IMG/VR virus record: IMGVR_UViG_3300020439_000003
Coordinates: 32,001-96,000 of that record
DNA: 64,000 nucleotides
DNA from: a virus
Direction: 5' to 3' (one strand)
Position numbers and translations under genes: made by a program. Under the pieces are notes generated by a model that was not told the DNA's origin, searched no databases, and saw nothing but the letters and a program-made list of their open reading frames with translations. Below are positions 10,730 through 19,609 of the stretch, piece by piece. Numbering within the stretch: position 1 is the first letter of the stretch; each line of letters starts with the position of its first letter.

Positions 10730-11263
10730 CTATGATGATAGCACAGTTGGACTGCCATATGCAACCACAGAGGAGCATGGATACGACCAGAAACGGAATC
10801 CAATACCCAATGGGTCCAGAACACGTCCGATAGGCAGTTTAGTTACAAATACAGTCAAACTGGTTGCCATGAGGAATCTAATGTGTCCAATACCTGCCAT
10901 ATCTTCAATAGTGAGAGCACTACAAATGATAGGAGTAAAGATAGGGCACAATGCCTTACCACATGGGCACATGTAGATGACAATATTCGTACATGGCGAG
11001 ATATGGTTAACAAAAACATCACCCAATGTCATCGTAGGTAACCCATTAGTCAGCACAAGTGCTTTGAGGGGGTTCAGGGCGGTGTAGGGGATCAATGGTT
11101 GAGGTGGCCACCAGCATGTCCACTCTTTGATCTTAATTGAATATGGTACAGGTGGAGTACCACATGCCTGAACAGAGTGAACTGTACCAGGAATGCAGAT
11201 ACCATGCCCTGAGCAGGGCAAACCTGTGATTGGTGCTACTGGTAGTAAGAGTCCGTATGCCAT
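10730..11263 (-). CDS. PAAR-like spike tip protein (gp5.4-like), Cys-rich
   Basis: VLTNGLP...GD...H, TVFVTKLPIGRVLD and the C-terminal CSSVVAYGSPTV follow the PAAR repeat pattern; upstream of gp25 as in related phages. Confidence 0.75.
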   Translation of the reverse strand: MAYGLLLPVAPITGLPCSGHGICIPGTVHSVQACGTPPVPYSIKIKEWTCWWPPQPLIPYTALNPLKALVLTNGLPTMTLGDVFVNHISPCTNIVIYMCPCGKALCPIFTPIICSALTIEDMAGIGHIRFLMATSLTVFVTKLPIGRVLDPLGIGFRFWSYPCSSVVAYGSPTVLSS

Positions 11264-14200
11264 TATTCAGGGAACATGTTATTAGTGTCGGTCGAGAAGT
11301 TAGAAATTGCATTATCTGCAATTTCTGCATCATAATCAAAGTCAGGGTCATATTCATATGTAAGATCACCAGAGAATTCAACATCACCAAGATCTTTGTA
11401 AGCTTGCTTCTGTTTCTTCAATAGTGCCTTATCACCTGGGTCATGAGAAGACAAGTGTACTCGTCTTTGTTTAACTGGTGGATTGGGATTGATAGCATCA
11501 ACCAGGTCACCAAAGGCACCACCGTCGCATTCTTGGAAGAATGGATTGCCCATTCCTTTGACTGCTTGACCATATGCAATAGATGCACCAGTTGACCAGT
11601 TCTTGATATTCATCGTACCGCTGTAAGGTCCCATTCTCATACCCAACTGAGTAAAGAGTTGTGGATCAACAGCAATACTAACATCATTGCAGTATTCTAA
11701 GCAAGATTGGTTGTTACCTGAACCACCCCAACCACTACCATAGGTGTTTTGGAAACTATATGTGCAAGTAGAGAACCCACAACTATACCCATTGTACAAT
11801 CTATTTACACCCCAATACCCAGATCCTGTTGTTTTGCCTTGTGTTTGGTTATTACCCGACCCAGAGACATAATATGCACTGTATACATCAAGTACACCAT
11901 TGCTGTTGCTGCCATGTCTGAGGTAAGTATCCCAACATTCGTTAGGTGGGACACCGCCAGATAGTCTATCTACCTCAATAACGTAGAAAGTCTGGTCTTG
12001 TGTAAGTTCACTATACGATGTACCTGCTGAATAGTCAGGATCACCTGGTTGTCCGTTGGCACCAACCGTAGTTGCAGGGATTGTCCACTGTACAGTCCTA
12101 GTATTGTAGTTAAGATTGTCTCCCAACCACAGTCCTAACTGCTCTGCTTCACTAAAATTGTTGTGTCCCCAGTCAAAAGTGTTTTCATCCAATCCAACAG
12201 GGACAAAAATGATGTCAGATCCGCCAGATGGGTCCCAATAACAGCGACCTTCAATGTTTTGGCGACTACATTTCCACATTTTACGCTTATCGCCGCCATT
12301 CATGACGGGTCTTGCCTTAGTCAGAGCGGGTCTGGGCAGTTTTTGGAGGAAATTCATGAAATCTGCACCTTGTGATCCCGTAGTTTTGCCTTGAACAGAC
12401 AAATTTACGCCAAAATGTGCGTTATCAGACTTTGATCCGCAGTATTTGTAGATAATCCAACCAAAATCACGACCAGTTTCCGAATCAGTGAACGGACAAG
12501 GGAGATCTTGGAGTCGAGTTACGTTGTAAAACCTCGGTTGAGGGATCATAACGCACGGATCTTGGTTGTTCCAACCAAAAACATGACTCAATGTGGTGGA
12601 AGCTTCGTCAGTTCTCTGAACACCTTCGACCATTTGGGGATATTGCTCCTCCATAACGCTCTTAAAGGCTTGGTTAGCACCAGTAATACCCCTCACAACC
12701 GATGGTGGGAACAACGCTTCCTCTAAAATGTTCGGAATTTTGATTTCAGTACAACCAGGGGGGATGTTCGAGCACAGTTTTGTACTCTCAACGTCGTCTG
12801 TTCCTGAGAATTTGATGTATCCAGTAGGATACGTTGCACTAAAACCCTCCATCATGGTCTCAAATGACCCCATGATACCCTCATCAAGGATTTTTAGGTT
12901 ACTTTCCTTAGCACCAGACTTCCTTCTAACCTCACCTTTGAGACCATCGATCTTTTCTGACCCCTTGTAAGGGGTTTCTTCTGTGGTACTTTCAGCATCA
13001 ACAGTAGTTTTGAGGCGTTTTTGCTGCTCCTTAGTGTTAGGACCACGCATTTTGTAGTCTTCCTTCTCAGTTTGGATGATCCAAACCCTAGGTTGACGGT
13101 TAGGATCCGTGTCATAACCCAATCCACGGTCCTTAATAAGGATCTCATCGATAGCACCATCGGCAGTAAGGGACACAACTTCGACTTTTGCTTGTCTAAA
13201 CTTACTTCTACGCCTATGTTCGGAGGACATTGTTCGCAATTCCTCCTTCTCAATGAAGACAGTTGCGATCTCCGACTCATCTTCATCTACATCAGTACCT
13301 GAAATAGTGATGTCTTTGTTATTATCACTGTATGGAACCTTACTTTTCCGCTCTTTGAAGTCAGCTTTCATGTCTTTGCTGACTGCTTTCTGGTTCCTTT
13401 GGATCTGTTTGAAGTTATAATTGAACTTTGTGCCGTCAGGGTTGTCCAATTTGTTGGTTGGAGAGCGCAAAGTAGTGCCTTCCCACCCATCTAGTTGCTC
13501 TAATTGCTGTCTAGCATGGTCATTTGCGCCTTTTGCAGACAACTGTGCGGGTTCTTCGATGACGATTGAGGGATTTATGTACCCTCTACCACCATTGATG
13601 ATAGAAATACTCTGGATTTCCCCATTCTTATTGACGATACACTCTACTTTTGCCTCATCAATCGACTGTTGGTTGACCAATGCGGTCTTATCGATCTCTA
13701 CTTTGTAGTATGTGATCTTCTTAGGGAACTCATATACACCAAAAAACCCTGCTCGGTCGGGAACTCCGTACCCAGCAAGCACATTTGCACTCTTTCCAAA
13801 GCGTCCAGGGGCAGTAATGACCTGATTTGTGGTAAATTTATCGCCACTTCCGCGCAGTTCCATGTAACCGCAACGTAATTTGTTACCAAAATACGCAACT
13901 TCGTTGATTTCCCACCCGTTGATAGTGTCTCCTGCCTCAAAACTATCACCATCGCGGGTTGTATAGCGGAACAAGATGCGTTTTGTGTCAGTATCTACGT
14001 TCTTAAATGATTCATAGATGCCTCCACCACTTCCATCAGTGAGTTCTAGACGTGTATTTGTCGTTTTCCAACTGTCTTCACGGATTTCATAGAAGTGAGA
14101 ATGATATTCCTGAGTAGGAGTGATCAGATTTTCATCACATACGCAAGTATTTCGCCCCGAACCATCACTCAATGAGACAGATTTGTTCGGACAACAGTTA

Positions 14201-15438
14201 CGATTAGACAGAGAATACTGGATGGAAAAGATCGGACCTTTCCATGGATATGAAGTATCGTAGATGTAATAACAGAACTGAGAATCAAATAGAGTATGGA
14301 ATTCTAGGTACTTTGGCACTGCTGCCTTGACAGCACCGTTCTTACCATAGATCCATTCAAAGTATGCATCAGTATTAGTATTAGGACATTTCTGTGGATC
14401 ACCCCAACCAAAGTCTGGGTGGTGGTGTACAGAAGGAGAACCCCAGTATCTGTAACCCCTACGTTGTACGGGATCGGGGTTTAGTGGTCCTGCATCAGCA
14501 TCATACTGATACTCATAGTTTTTATGAGTGTAGATACCTGATCCATCATAGTTCCAGTTATACCAACCTGCCCTTGTACCATATCCAACAGGTGATCCAT
14601 ATCCCACAGGTCCAATCAAACCTTGGTCACGAACGTTCTTACGGTTACCCTGTCCTAGGTCTTCTTTGAATACCCATCCAACAATACCAACATAACTGTA
14701 ATCCTGATCTCTGGGGTCCTTACAATCAGGCACACCCGAGACGCCAGTCTGCAAGTTTACTTCTTGCGTCGGGTCGGCGGTGTAAAAATGGTCCCTTTTT
14801 GCGTTGCTAGTTCCCCTGTAATACTCATACAGAGGTACAGCTGATTCATCAGCATCCGCGAAATCGTTTGCATGGCTTTGACTTGTGTAAATGTATCCAA
14901 CAATTCCTACCTGAACATATCCACTACCATAACTGCTCTGAGTGGATAGTACAGAGTCATTACGATCGTTCTCATAGTGATGATACAGAGGTTGTGTCTT
15001 ACTACCCTTATCACTACGAGCGATATAGAATGCAGGTCTTCCATTACGAGGTTCATGGTTATATCCCTTAGAGACATTACCACTCTCCCCTGGGAAGTCC
15101 TCAGGAAATCTTAATTCTTCTTTATTGGTGTACTTGTGGTCTCTATTACTGCTATCACCTGATCCGCGATAGTAGCGGTAGATGGGCATTCTCTCGTAGT
15201 CGCACTCACCTACACACTGCTGCTCTTGATCACCAATGTAGTATACCTTATCCTCACCAAAAATTGACGTACCAGGTCCTTCATCATTGAAGGTGATTTG
15301 ATAGTTCGTTCCTGGTCCGCTATGGTGGGCGTATGATTCATATTTACCGTAAGACGGGCGATCCCAATTCTTTTGGTATTCATTCCCCGAATCGATGTTC
15401 GGGAAAGATCGCCCTGTCTCACTGATAAAAATACTCAT
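11263..15438 (-). CDS. Large virion structural protein, 1391 aa
   Basis: N-terminal repeats PIYRYY...DHKYT / PLYHHY...DSVLS / PLYEYY...DHFYT, fibre-like ISIINGGRGY and IKDRGLGY motifs, many Cys; translationally coupled to PAAR. Confidence 0.65.
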   Translation of the reverse strand: MSIFISETGRSFPNIDSGNEYQKNWDRPSYGKYESYAHHSGPGTNYQITFNDEGPGTSIFGEDKVYYIGDQEQQCVGECDYERMPIYRYYRGSGDSSNRDHKYTNKEELRFPEDFPGESGNVSKGYNHEPRNGRPAFYIARSDKGSKTQPLYHHYENDRNDSVLSTQSSYGSGYVQVGIVGYIYTSQSHANDFADADESAVPLYEYYRGTSNAKRDHFYTADPTQEVNLQTGVSGVPDCKDPRDQDYSYVGIVGWVFKEDLGQGNRKNVRDQGLIGPVGYGSPVGYGTRAGWYNWNYDGSGIYTHKNYEYQYDADAGPLNPDPVQRRGYRYWGSPSVHHHPDFGWGDPQKCPNTNTDAYFEWIYGKNGAVKAAVPKYLEFHTLFDSQFCYYIYDTSYPWKGPIFSIQYSLSNRNCCPNKSVSLSDGSGRNTCVCDENLITPTQEYHSHFYEIREDSWKTTNTRLELTDGSGGGIYESFKNVDTDTKRILFRYTTRDGDSFEAGDTINGWEINEVAYFGNKLRCGYMELRGSGDKFTTNQVITAPGRFGKSANVLAGYGVPDRAGFFGVYEFPKKITYYKVEIDKTALVNQQSIDEAKVECIVNKNGEIQSISIINGGRGYINPSIVIEEPAQLSAKGANDHARQQLEQLDGWEGTTLRSPTNKLDNPDGTKFNYNFKQIQRNQKAVSKDMKADFKERKSKVPYSDNNKDITISGTDVDEDESEIATVFIEKEELRTMSSEHRRRSKFRQAKVEVVSLTADGAIDEILIKDRGLGYDTDPNRQPRVWIIQTEKEDYKMRGPNTKEQQKRLKTTVDAESTTEETPYKGSEKIDGLKGEVRRKSGAKESNLKILDEGIMGSFETMMEGFSATYPTGYIKFSGTDDVESTKLCSNIPPGCTEIKIPNILEEALFPPSVVRGITGANQAFKSVMEEQYPQMVEGVQRTDEASTTLSHVFGWNNQDPCVMIPQPRFYNVTRLQDLPCPFTDSETGRDFGWIIYKYCGSKSDNAHFGVNLSVQGKTTGSQGADFMNFLQKLPRPALTKARPVMNGGDKRKMWKCSRQNIEGRCYWDPSGGSDIIFVPVGLDENTFDWGHNNFSEAEQLGLWLGDNLNYNTRTVQWTIPATTVGANGQPGDPDYSAGTSYSELTQDQTFYVIEVDRLSGGVPPNECWDTYLRHGSNSNGVLDVYSAYYVSGSGNNQTQGKTTGSGYWGVNRLYNGYSCGFSTCTYSFQNTYGSGWGGSGNNQSCLEYCNDVSIAVDPQLFTQLGMRMGPYSGTMNIKNWSTGASIAYGQAVKGMGNPFFQECDGGAFGDLVDAINPNPPVKQRRVHLSSHDPGDKALLKKQKQAYKDLGDVEFSGDLTYEYDPDFDYDAEIADNAISNFSTDTNNMFPE

Positions 15439-15686
15439 TAGGGTTCTAAGACTTTGATGCGCTCTTCCAACATATTTAGACGCACATACAGGTCATCTAG
15501 TAGTTCCCGCATATTGAGATAGTCTTCATACCCCTCTGGTTTATATTTAATCATCTCTGCGCCAGGAGGAGGGATTTTTGCAAGGACCCCTTCTACCGTA
15601 GCAATACGAGTCGCAAGATTCTCTAATCCCTTAGAGATCATCTTAATATGCTCAACGTACGACTCTTCAAATGTTTTCTCAGACAT
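15438..15686 (-). CDS. Hypothetical coiled-coil protein
   Basis: Heptad-like LENLATRI and LYVRLNMLEERI segments; TAATG coupling to the next gene. Confidence 0.75.
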   Translation of the reverse strand: MSEKTFEESYVEHIKMISKGLENLATRIATVEGVLAKIPPPGAEMIKYKPEGYEDYLNMRELLDDLYVRLNMLEERIKVLEP

Positions 15687-15706
15687 AATAAGGTTGAACG
15701 CGGTTT

Positions 15707-15907
15707 TTACGGTTTTTCTGTACCCTCGGATTTTTTTAGAACGACAGACCCATCAGTCTCTTCGCTCCACTCTAACTCAGTCCCCTCATACCATCCAAGA
15801 TCTTCCATCAATTCAGCAGGCAGAGTAATAGACATATCTCCGAAGTCGTCTACCTCCACAGGTAGCGTAAATCTTTTGCTCATAGCACATATAGTGGCTA
15901 GTGTCAT
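15707..15907 (-). CDS. AbrB/MazE/SpoVT-family DNA-binding protein
   Basis: GDMSITLPAELMEDLGWYEGTELEW...DGSVVLKK fits the swapped-hairpin pattern. Confidence 0.8.
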   Translation of the reverse strand: MTLATICAMSKRFTLPVEVDDFGDMSITLPAELMEDLGWYEGTELEWSEETDGSVVLKKSEGTEKP

Positions 15908-15909
15908 TT

Positions 15910-16428
15910 TTATATAGGAGCAGGATAATTTACAGCGTGTGGAGAACGTAACACTAACTCTGTCATTCTATGATAGAAAGAGTGTATAGTCAAGTCTACA
16001 ATCTTGCTTGGATCCAACCATGCATGATGTAGCATATATCCATGTCCCAGGTAAATACCGCTATGATTGCATAATCTATCCTGCTTGCTGGAATAACCCC
16101 CTTCTAGGCGCTCTAAGTGCAGTCTCATGACCATCATGTCACCATACTGTAAGTCTGAGAAAGGTGGGGGATCACTATCACATGTACCTGTATAGACATG
16201 AATGACTCCATCCTCTAATCGCTCTGCCTGATCCTCAATAAACGATGGGTCAAACAATGCCCGCCGATGTAACTTCGGATAGTCTCTGAGTGTTAGATTA
16301 AACTTCTTCTGATAAAACTCCATGCAGATGCCATAACAGTCACCTACCTTCATCTTATCTTTATACCATGGACGACCTACCCATTCGCCCCAGACCTCAT
16401 TCATTTCATCTAAGGTAGGTCTAGACAT
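15910..16428 (-). CDS. NlpC/P60 (C40) family peptidase
   Basis: WVGRPW...DCYGI (catalytic Cys), LQYGDMMVM and HSGIYLGHGYMLH (catalytic His). Confidence 0.85.
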   Translation of the reverse strand: MSRPTLDEMNEVWGEWVGRPWYKDKMKVGDCYGICMEFYQKKFNLTLRDYPKLHRRALFDPSFIEDQAERLEDGVIHVYTGTCDSDPPPFSDLQYGDMMVMRLHLERLEGGYSSKQDRLCNHSGIYLGHGYMLHHAWLDPSKIVDLTIHSFYHRMTELVLRSPHAVNYPAPI

Positions 16429-16867
16429 TCTTCTTGCCTACAATCGTAGTGCCAACATGTTTCATATGAGGTGTAACAGTTTTATTCCTTTTCCTACCCT
16501 TAGTTCTATCCTTCTCTTCCCTCGTCTTTTCCTTATGACAGTCAACACATAACAACTGACATTTACTTAATTCCTCCATAATACTATCATGCCTCCTTAA
16601 CCACATACTACTGGTTCTTAATGTCTTATCCTCTGGACGCTTATGATCGATTTCCAGATTCTCTGTGGTGCCACACTTCACACACTTACCACCCATCACA
16701 CCAACATAGTACGCTCTATTCTCTCTCATCTTAATCTTATTGCGTTCTCGGTAATAATCCTTATGGCATTGCTTACAGTGACCTAAATGTCCGTCCCTGG
16801 TGCAACTGTAATACTCTGTGAGTGGTTTGGTCTTGTGACACCATTTACATGTTTTCTCTTGGGTCAT
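16421..16867 (-). CDS. HNH endonuclease with N-terminal zinc finger
   Basis: CKWC...CKQC finger, then CVKCG...LEIDH...CQLLCVDCHKEKT. Confidence 0.88.
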   Translation of the reverse strand: MTQEKTCKWCHKTKPLTEYYSCTRDGHLGHCKQCHKDYYRERNKIKMRENRAYYVGVMGGKCVKCGTTENLEIDHKRPEDKTLRTSSMWLRRHDSIMEELSKCQLLCVDCHKEKTREEKDRTKGRKRNKTVTPHMKHVGTTIVGKKNV

Positions 16868-16991
16868 GGGGGTCTTTCGTGAATATGATACGTAGAGTCT
16901 CTACGAGACAATCCCAGATATATGCAAGCTCGACCCTGAGGGTGATCTTACTACCTGGGAAATTTTTTGTGGATGGGGTTTGCGAATTCAT
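16845..16991 (-). CDS. Small hypothetical protein, 48 aa
   Basis: Manual translation MNSQTPSTKNFPGSKITLRVELAYIWDCLVETLRIIF...; fills the gap. Confidence 0.45.
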   Translation of the reverse strand: MNSQTPSTKNFPGSKITLRVELAYIWDCLVETLRIIFTKDPHDPRENM

Positions 16992-17030
16992 GAATAATAT
17001 ATCGACCGCTCTGGGATACTGTTATAGCTT

Positions 17031-17098
17031 AGAAAGAAGGTACTTTCTTAATAACCGCCCACGGCGGGGTCAACGAAGGGGACAAATTAACTGTCCCC
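17031..17098 (-). terminator. Three consecutive hairpins at the end of the small-gene operon (terminator or structured RNA)
   Basis: GGGGACA-N7-TGTCCCC (17078-17098), CCGCC-N3-GGCGG (17055-17067) and AGAAAG-N6-CTTTCT (17031-17048). Confidence 0.4.
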
Positions 17099-17281
17099 AG
17101 TGACTACTTCATAACAGAATCCTTCTAAGATCATGTACTCACACCACTGTGTATATTGGTGGAGTTGTTGATACAGATCTGTGTCAATTAGGAACTGCGC
17201 TAACTCTATCTGTTCATCGGGTGGGAGTGATCCAGAGTCATAAAGATCGAGGAGAACTTCATACTTAGTCGGGATGTTCAT
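17087..17281 (-). CDS. Hypothetical protein
   Basis: 64 aa ORF, ATGA-coupled to the upstream ORF. Confidence 0.7.
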   Translation of the reverse strand: MNIPTKYEVLLDLYDSGSLPPDEQIELAQFLIDTDLYQQLHQYTQWCEYMILEGFCYEVVTGDS

Positions 17282-17445
17282 TGTGTTGAATAGTTGAGTG
17301 AATCTTTCAGTGCTTGTTGATAAGAACTAAATGGTCCATACTTAGGACAGTTGTCGTAATCGTATCGCCAAAAGTGTTTACGTCTGTCCTCCCATATTCT
17401 AACACAAACTGGGGGAGATGTGTCAAGTTGTATGGATTTACTCAT
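17278..17445 (-). CDS. Small hypothetical protein, 55 aa
   Basis: Manual translation MSKSIQLDTSPPVCVRIWEDRRKHFWRYDY...; ATGA overlaps at both ends. Confidence 0.6.
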   Translation of the reverse strand: MSKSIQLDTSPPVCVRIWEDRRKHFWRYDYDNCPKYGPFSSYQQALKDSLNYSTQ

Positions 17446-17573
17446 GTGCAATCGCCGATGGATTCTTCTTCAATAGTCTCGTAATACATGTCCTCATAAG
17501 TTAGACCATCGTCCTCATCATCTGGTTCATCGAGGATGTCGTCAATCCAGTCAAATTGGGCAAATTCATTCAT
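17442..17573 (-). CDS. Small acidic hypothetical protein, 43 aa
   Basis: Manual translation MNEFAQFDWIDDILDEPDEDDGLTYEDMYY...; coupled to its neighbours. Confidence 0.55.
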   Translation of the reverse strand: MNEFAQFDWIDDILDEPDDEDDGLTYEDMYYETIEEESIGDCT

Positions 17574-17742
17574 AGTCAGTCTGGTCTAATCGTTGGTTCT
17601 TTTGTGTGTACTTAGTGTTGTAGTCTGTGGAAAACTCATCATCATAGTTGGATGATTTCTTGGGGTTAAACTGTCGCTTTTCTCGGATAGATTTGGGGCG
17701 TCTGCTGTTATGCAGATCATTGCGTTTGTATGTCCGACCCAT
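17566..17742 (-). CDS. Small hypothetical protein, 58 aa
   Basis: Manual translation MGRTYKRNDLHNSRRPKSIREKRQF...; first gene after a sigma70-like promoter. Confidence 0.65.
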   Translation of the reverse strand: MGRTYKRNDLHNSRRPKSIREKRQFNPKKSSNYDDEFSTDYNTKYTQKNQRLDQTDYE

Positions 17743-17782
17743 GGGAATTGCTCAGGTTGTGTTAACTGTGTAGAACTCTGTT

Positions 17783-17811
17783 AATGTAATCGATCTGGGC
17801 GAAACTGTCAA
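17783..17811 (-). promoter_or_regulatory. Sigma70-like promoter TTGACA-N17-TACATT
   Basis: Perfect -35 at 17806-17811, 17-nt spacer, -10 at 17783-17788; about 40 nt before the 17742 ATG. Confidence 0.7.
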
Positions 17812-17847
17812 GTGTTACTGACAGTGAAAAATGTGTCCTCTATGTGT

Positions 17848-17876
17848 TTGACAAGGTGGGCGTGATAGGTTACACT
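17848..17876 (+). promoter_or_regulatory. Sigma70-like promoter TTGACA-N17-TACACT facing a non-coding region
   Basis: Perfect -35 at 17848-17853, 17-nt spacer, -10 at 17871-17876; no + strand gene downstream. Confidence 0.6.
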
Positions 17877-17895
17877 CCAAGGTGACAACAAATGT

Positions 17896-17986
17896 GCTAT
17901 TTATTGAACTAAATGGAACACACATTTATATTTAATTGTATATTTAATTATTCCACAGATTTGGGTGTTATCTGTGGAAAACTCAT
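17896..17986. other. Putative replication-origin core: AT-rich tandem repeat plus inverted DnaA-box-like pair
   Basis: TATATTTAATT occurs twice (17927-17937, 17939-17949). TATTCCACA at 17949-17957 faces TGTGGAAAA at 17973-17981. The 16-mer TCTGTGGAAAACTCAT is repeated exactly at 17624-17639. Confidence 0.45.
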
Positions 17987-18061
17987 GTGTGAGTTACTGT
18001 GAAGTAACTGGGGAAATACTCGGGAGACGCTGATGCGTAAGGGAAGTGAGTATTTCTTACA

Positions 18062-18691
18062 TCATACGGGAATAACATTGAAAGTCAATGTAATTCTATT
18101 CTCTGATGGGTTAGACTCATAACCATGTGTAAGATTAGATGGATAGATGAGACAATCTCCCTGAGAGTAAGGAACAGTTGCTTCTTGAAGATTGAATGCT
18201 GTCATTTGTTCAAACGGGAGCATCATTACAGGATACATTGCACTAACTACATTTCGTTTGAATTTAAGATAGGAGTGCGATTGATCGTTGTAGGAGATAA
18301 AGAACGTGCCTGAAAAAAGACAGTTTGAATGTTCATGAGGTGCATAGATTGCACCTTGGTGTGCTACTTCTAGGTAGCAATCTGAGATCTCAAAGTTTGA
18401 AGCATAGCACAATCCTGATTCATTGTGTTTTCTTACTGCTTCAAGTAGTGTTGATTTAAGGGCGGGAAGATCTGCGAGAATTTGATTCGTTTCGCCAATC
18501 TGTTGGACATTGTGACATAAAACCTGACGTTCTTTAATGTCTACAAAGTCTTGATTTCTTGCCCATTTCAGAACATCATCAACATGATCTTTCATCTTAT
18601 ACTTTGTAACTGGGGTCATGAAAAGACCGTAAGTTTCAAAGTCGATTGCCTCATTAAGATTAGAGGACAGATTAACAGGTTGCTGAGTCAT
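18062..18691 (-). CDS. 2OG-Fe(II) oxygenase-like protein (TIGR02466-type)
   Basis: HEH...FSGTFFI...IYPSNLTHG...RITLTFN. Confidence 0.85.
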   Translation of the reverse strand: MTQQPVNLSSNLNEAIDFETYGLFMTPVTKYKMKDHVDDVLKWARNQDFVDIKERQVLCHNVQQIGETNQILADLPALKSTLLEAVRKHNESGLCYASNFEISDCYLEVAHQGAIYAPHEHSNCLFSGTFFISYNDQSHSYLKFKRNVVSAMYPVMMLPFEQMTAFNLQEATVPYSQGDCLIYPSNLTHGYESNPSENRITLTFNVIPV

Positions 18692-18828
18692 TTTAATTGA
18701 ATGATGTAATCAATGCTGTACTATGTAGTATAACATGAAATGGGGGCATTGTAGGCGCTTGTAGGTGTCACTGAGAGCGTCAATCGTATTGTGTAGGATA
18801 GAGGGGAAATAGTTCTGACCAGTGATAA

Positions 18829-18984
18829 TTAACCGACGAACGCTGATTGTGTTGAATTCGTGGTGTAGGGGATGTCAAAATCTTCTCCGAACATTTCATA
18901 GTAGAATTGCGAGAAGATTGCGAAGTCGTCAGTTGCATTGTTGTTCCAGACTTTAAGGATTTCGTTGTAAGTTTGCTCAGTCAT
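18829..18984 (-). CDS. Small hypothetical protein, 51 aa
   Basis: Manual translation MTEQTYNEILKVWNNNATDDFAIFSQFYYEMFGEDF... Confidence 0.55.
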   Translation of the reverse strand: MTEQTYNEILKVWNNNATDDFAIFSQFYYEMFGEDFDIPYTTNSTQSAFVG

Positions 18985-19020
18985 AACGTTTGAGTAAGAT
19001 GAATTGAAGAATGGAAATAA

Positions 19021-19344
19021 TCATGCGAAAGTGTAACCGTTGACGAAATCATGGGTGACGTTGTTGTCACGAACGAACCACTCAAAGTTCTTTTGAAAAA
19101 CACCATCAGTGACGCCATTGCAGAAGCGGTTGATGATAGCATTGAGGCGAGATTTGGTGGTGTTAGTCTGCCAACCGCCATCAAATACGCGGAGGAAGTC
19201 ATCACCGACTTCTGCAATTTTGTTGCCGTGAAGACGAACAACGGAAATGTTCTCTTCTTCGTTGAAGTGAACTGTGGTGTTGCCTGATGTCCAGTTTTTG
19301 GAATTAGCGATGGCGGTGTTCATTGCCTGCTCGATTTTACGCAT
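19021..19344 (-). CDS. Hypothetical early protein
   Basis: 107 aa ORF directly behind a promoter cassette; VRLHGNKIA...GWQTNTTKSRLNAI. Confidence 0.8.
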   Translation of the reverse strand: MRKIEQAMNTAIANSKNWTSGNTTVHFNEEENISVVRLHGNKIAEVGDDFLRVFDGGWQTNTTKSRLNAIINRFCNGVTDGVFQKNFEWFVRDNNVTHDFVNGYTFA

Positions 19345-19371
19345 TTTTGTGTGAATTTCTTTGACTCTTTA

Positions 19372-19429
19372 ATAATACACGATTTTGGGTGCTTAGCACC
19401 ATGTTGTGTGCCGCTTATTTGATTGGCAC
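19372..19429 (-). promoter_or_regulatory. Early-type promoter cassette 1: 22-bp palindrome plus TATTAT
   Basis: GTGCCAAT-CAAATA-AGCGGCAC (19408-19429), 30 nt, then TATTAT at 19372-19377. Confidence 0.7.
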
Positions 19430-19609
19430 AGGTTCGCACTCGTATCTGATGTTATTCGGATAGGTTTTTCGTGCCCAATTAAGTACACGATTGTTCTGTG
19501 CTTTAATGCCCTTAGATGTCTTCGGAGTTGTGGGCATTGTCTTCGTCACTTGCATCATTGTGAACTGGTCGTACATCCGAACCAGATACATTTGCGCGGT
19601 CGTTTTCAT
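19415..19609 (-). CDS. Small hypothetical protein (start likely MKTTAQ)
   Basis: Ends EPVPIK inside palindrome 1. Confidence 0.5.
   Translation of the reverse strand: MKTTAQMYLVRMYDQFTMMQVTKTMPTTPKTSKGIKAQNNRVLNWARKTYPNNIRYECEPVPIK

Noticed and set aside
17078-17098. GGGGACAGTTAATTTGTCCCC as a seventh copy of the 8-6-8 palindrome
   Set aside because: The left arm is similar and overlaps a stop codon, but the spacing differs and no -10 box lies at the fixed distance; treated as a hairpin.
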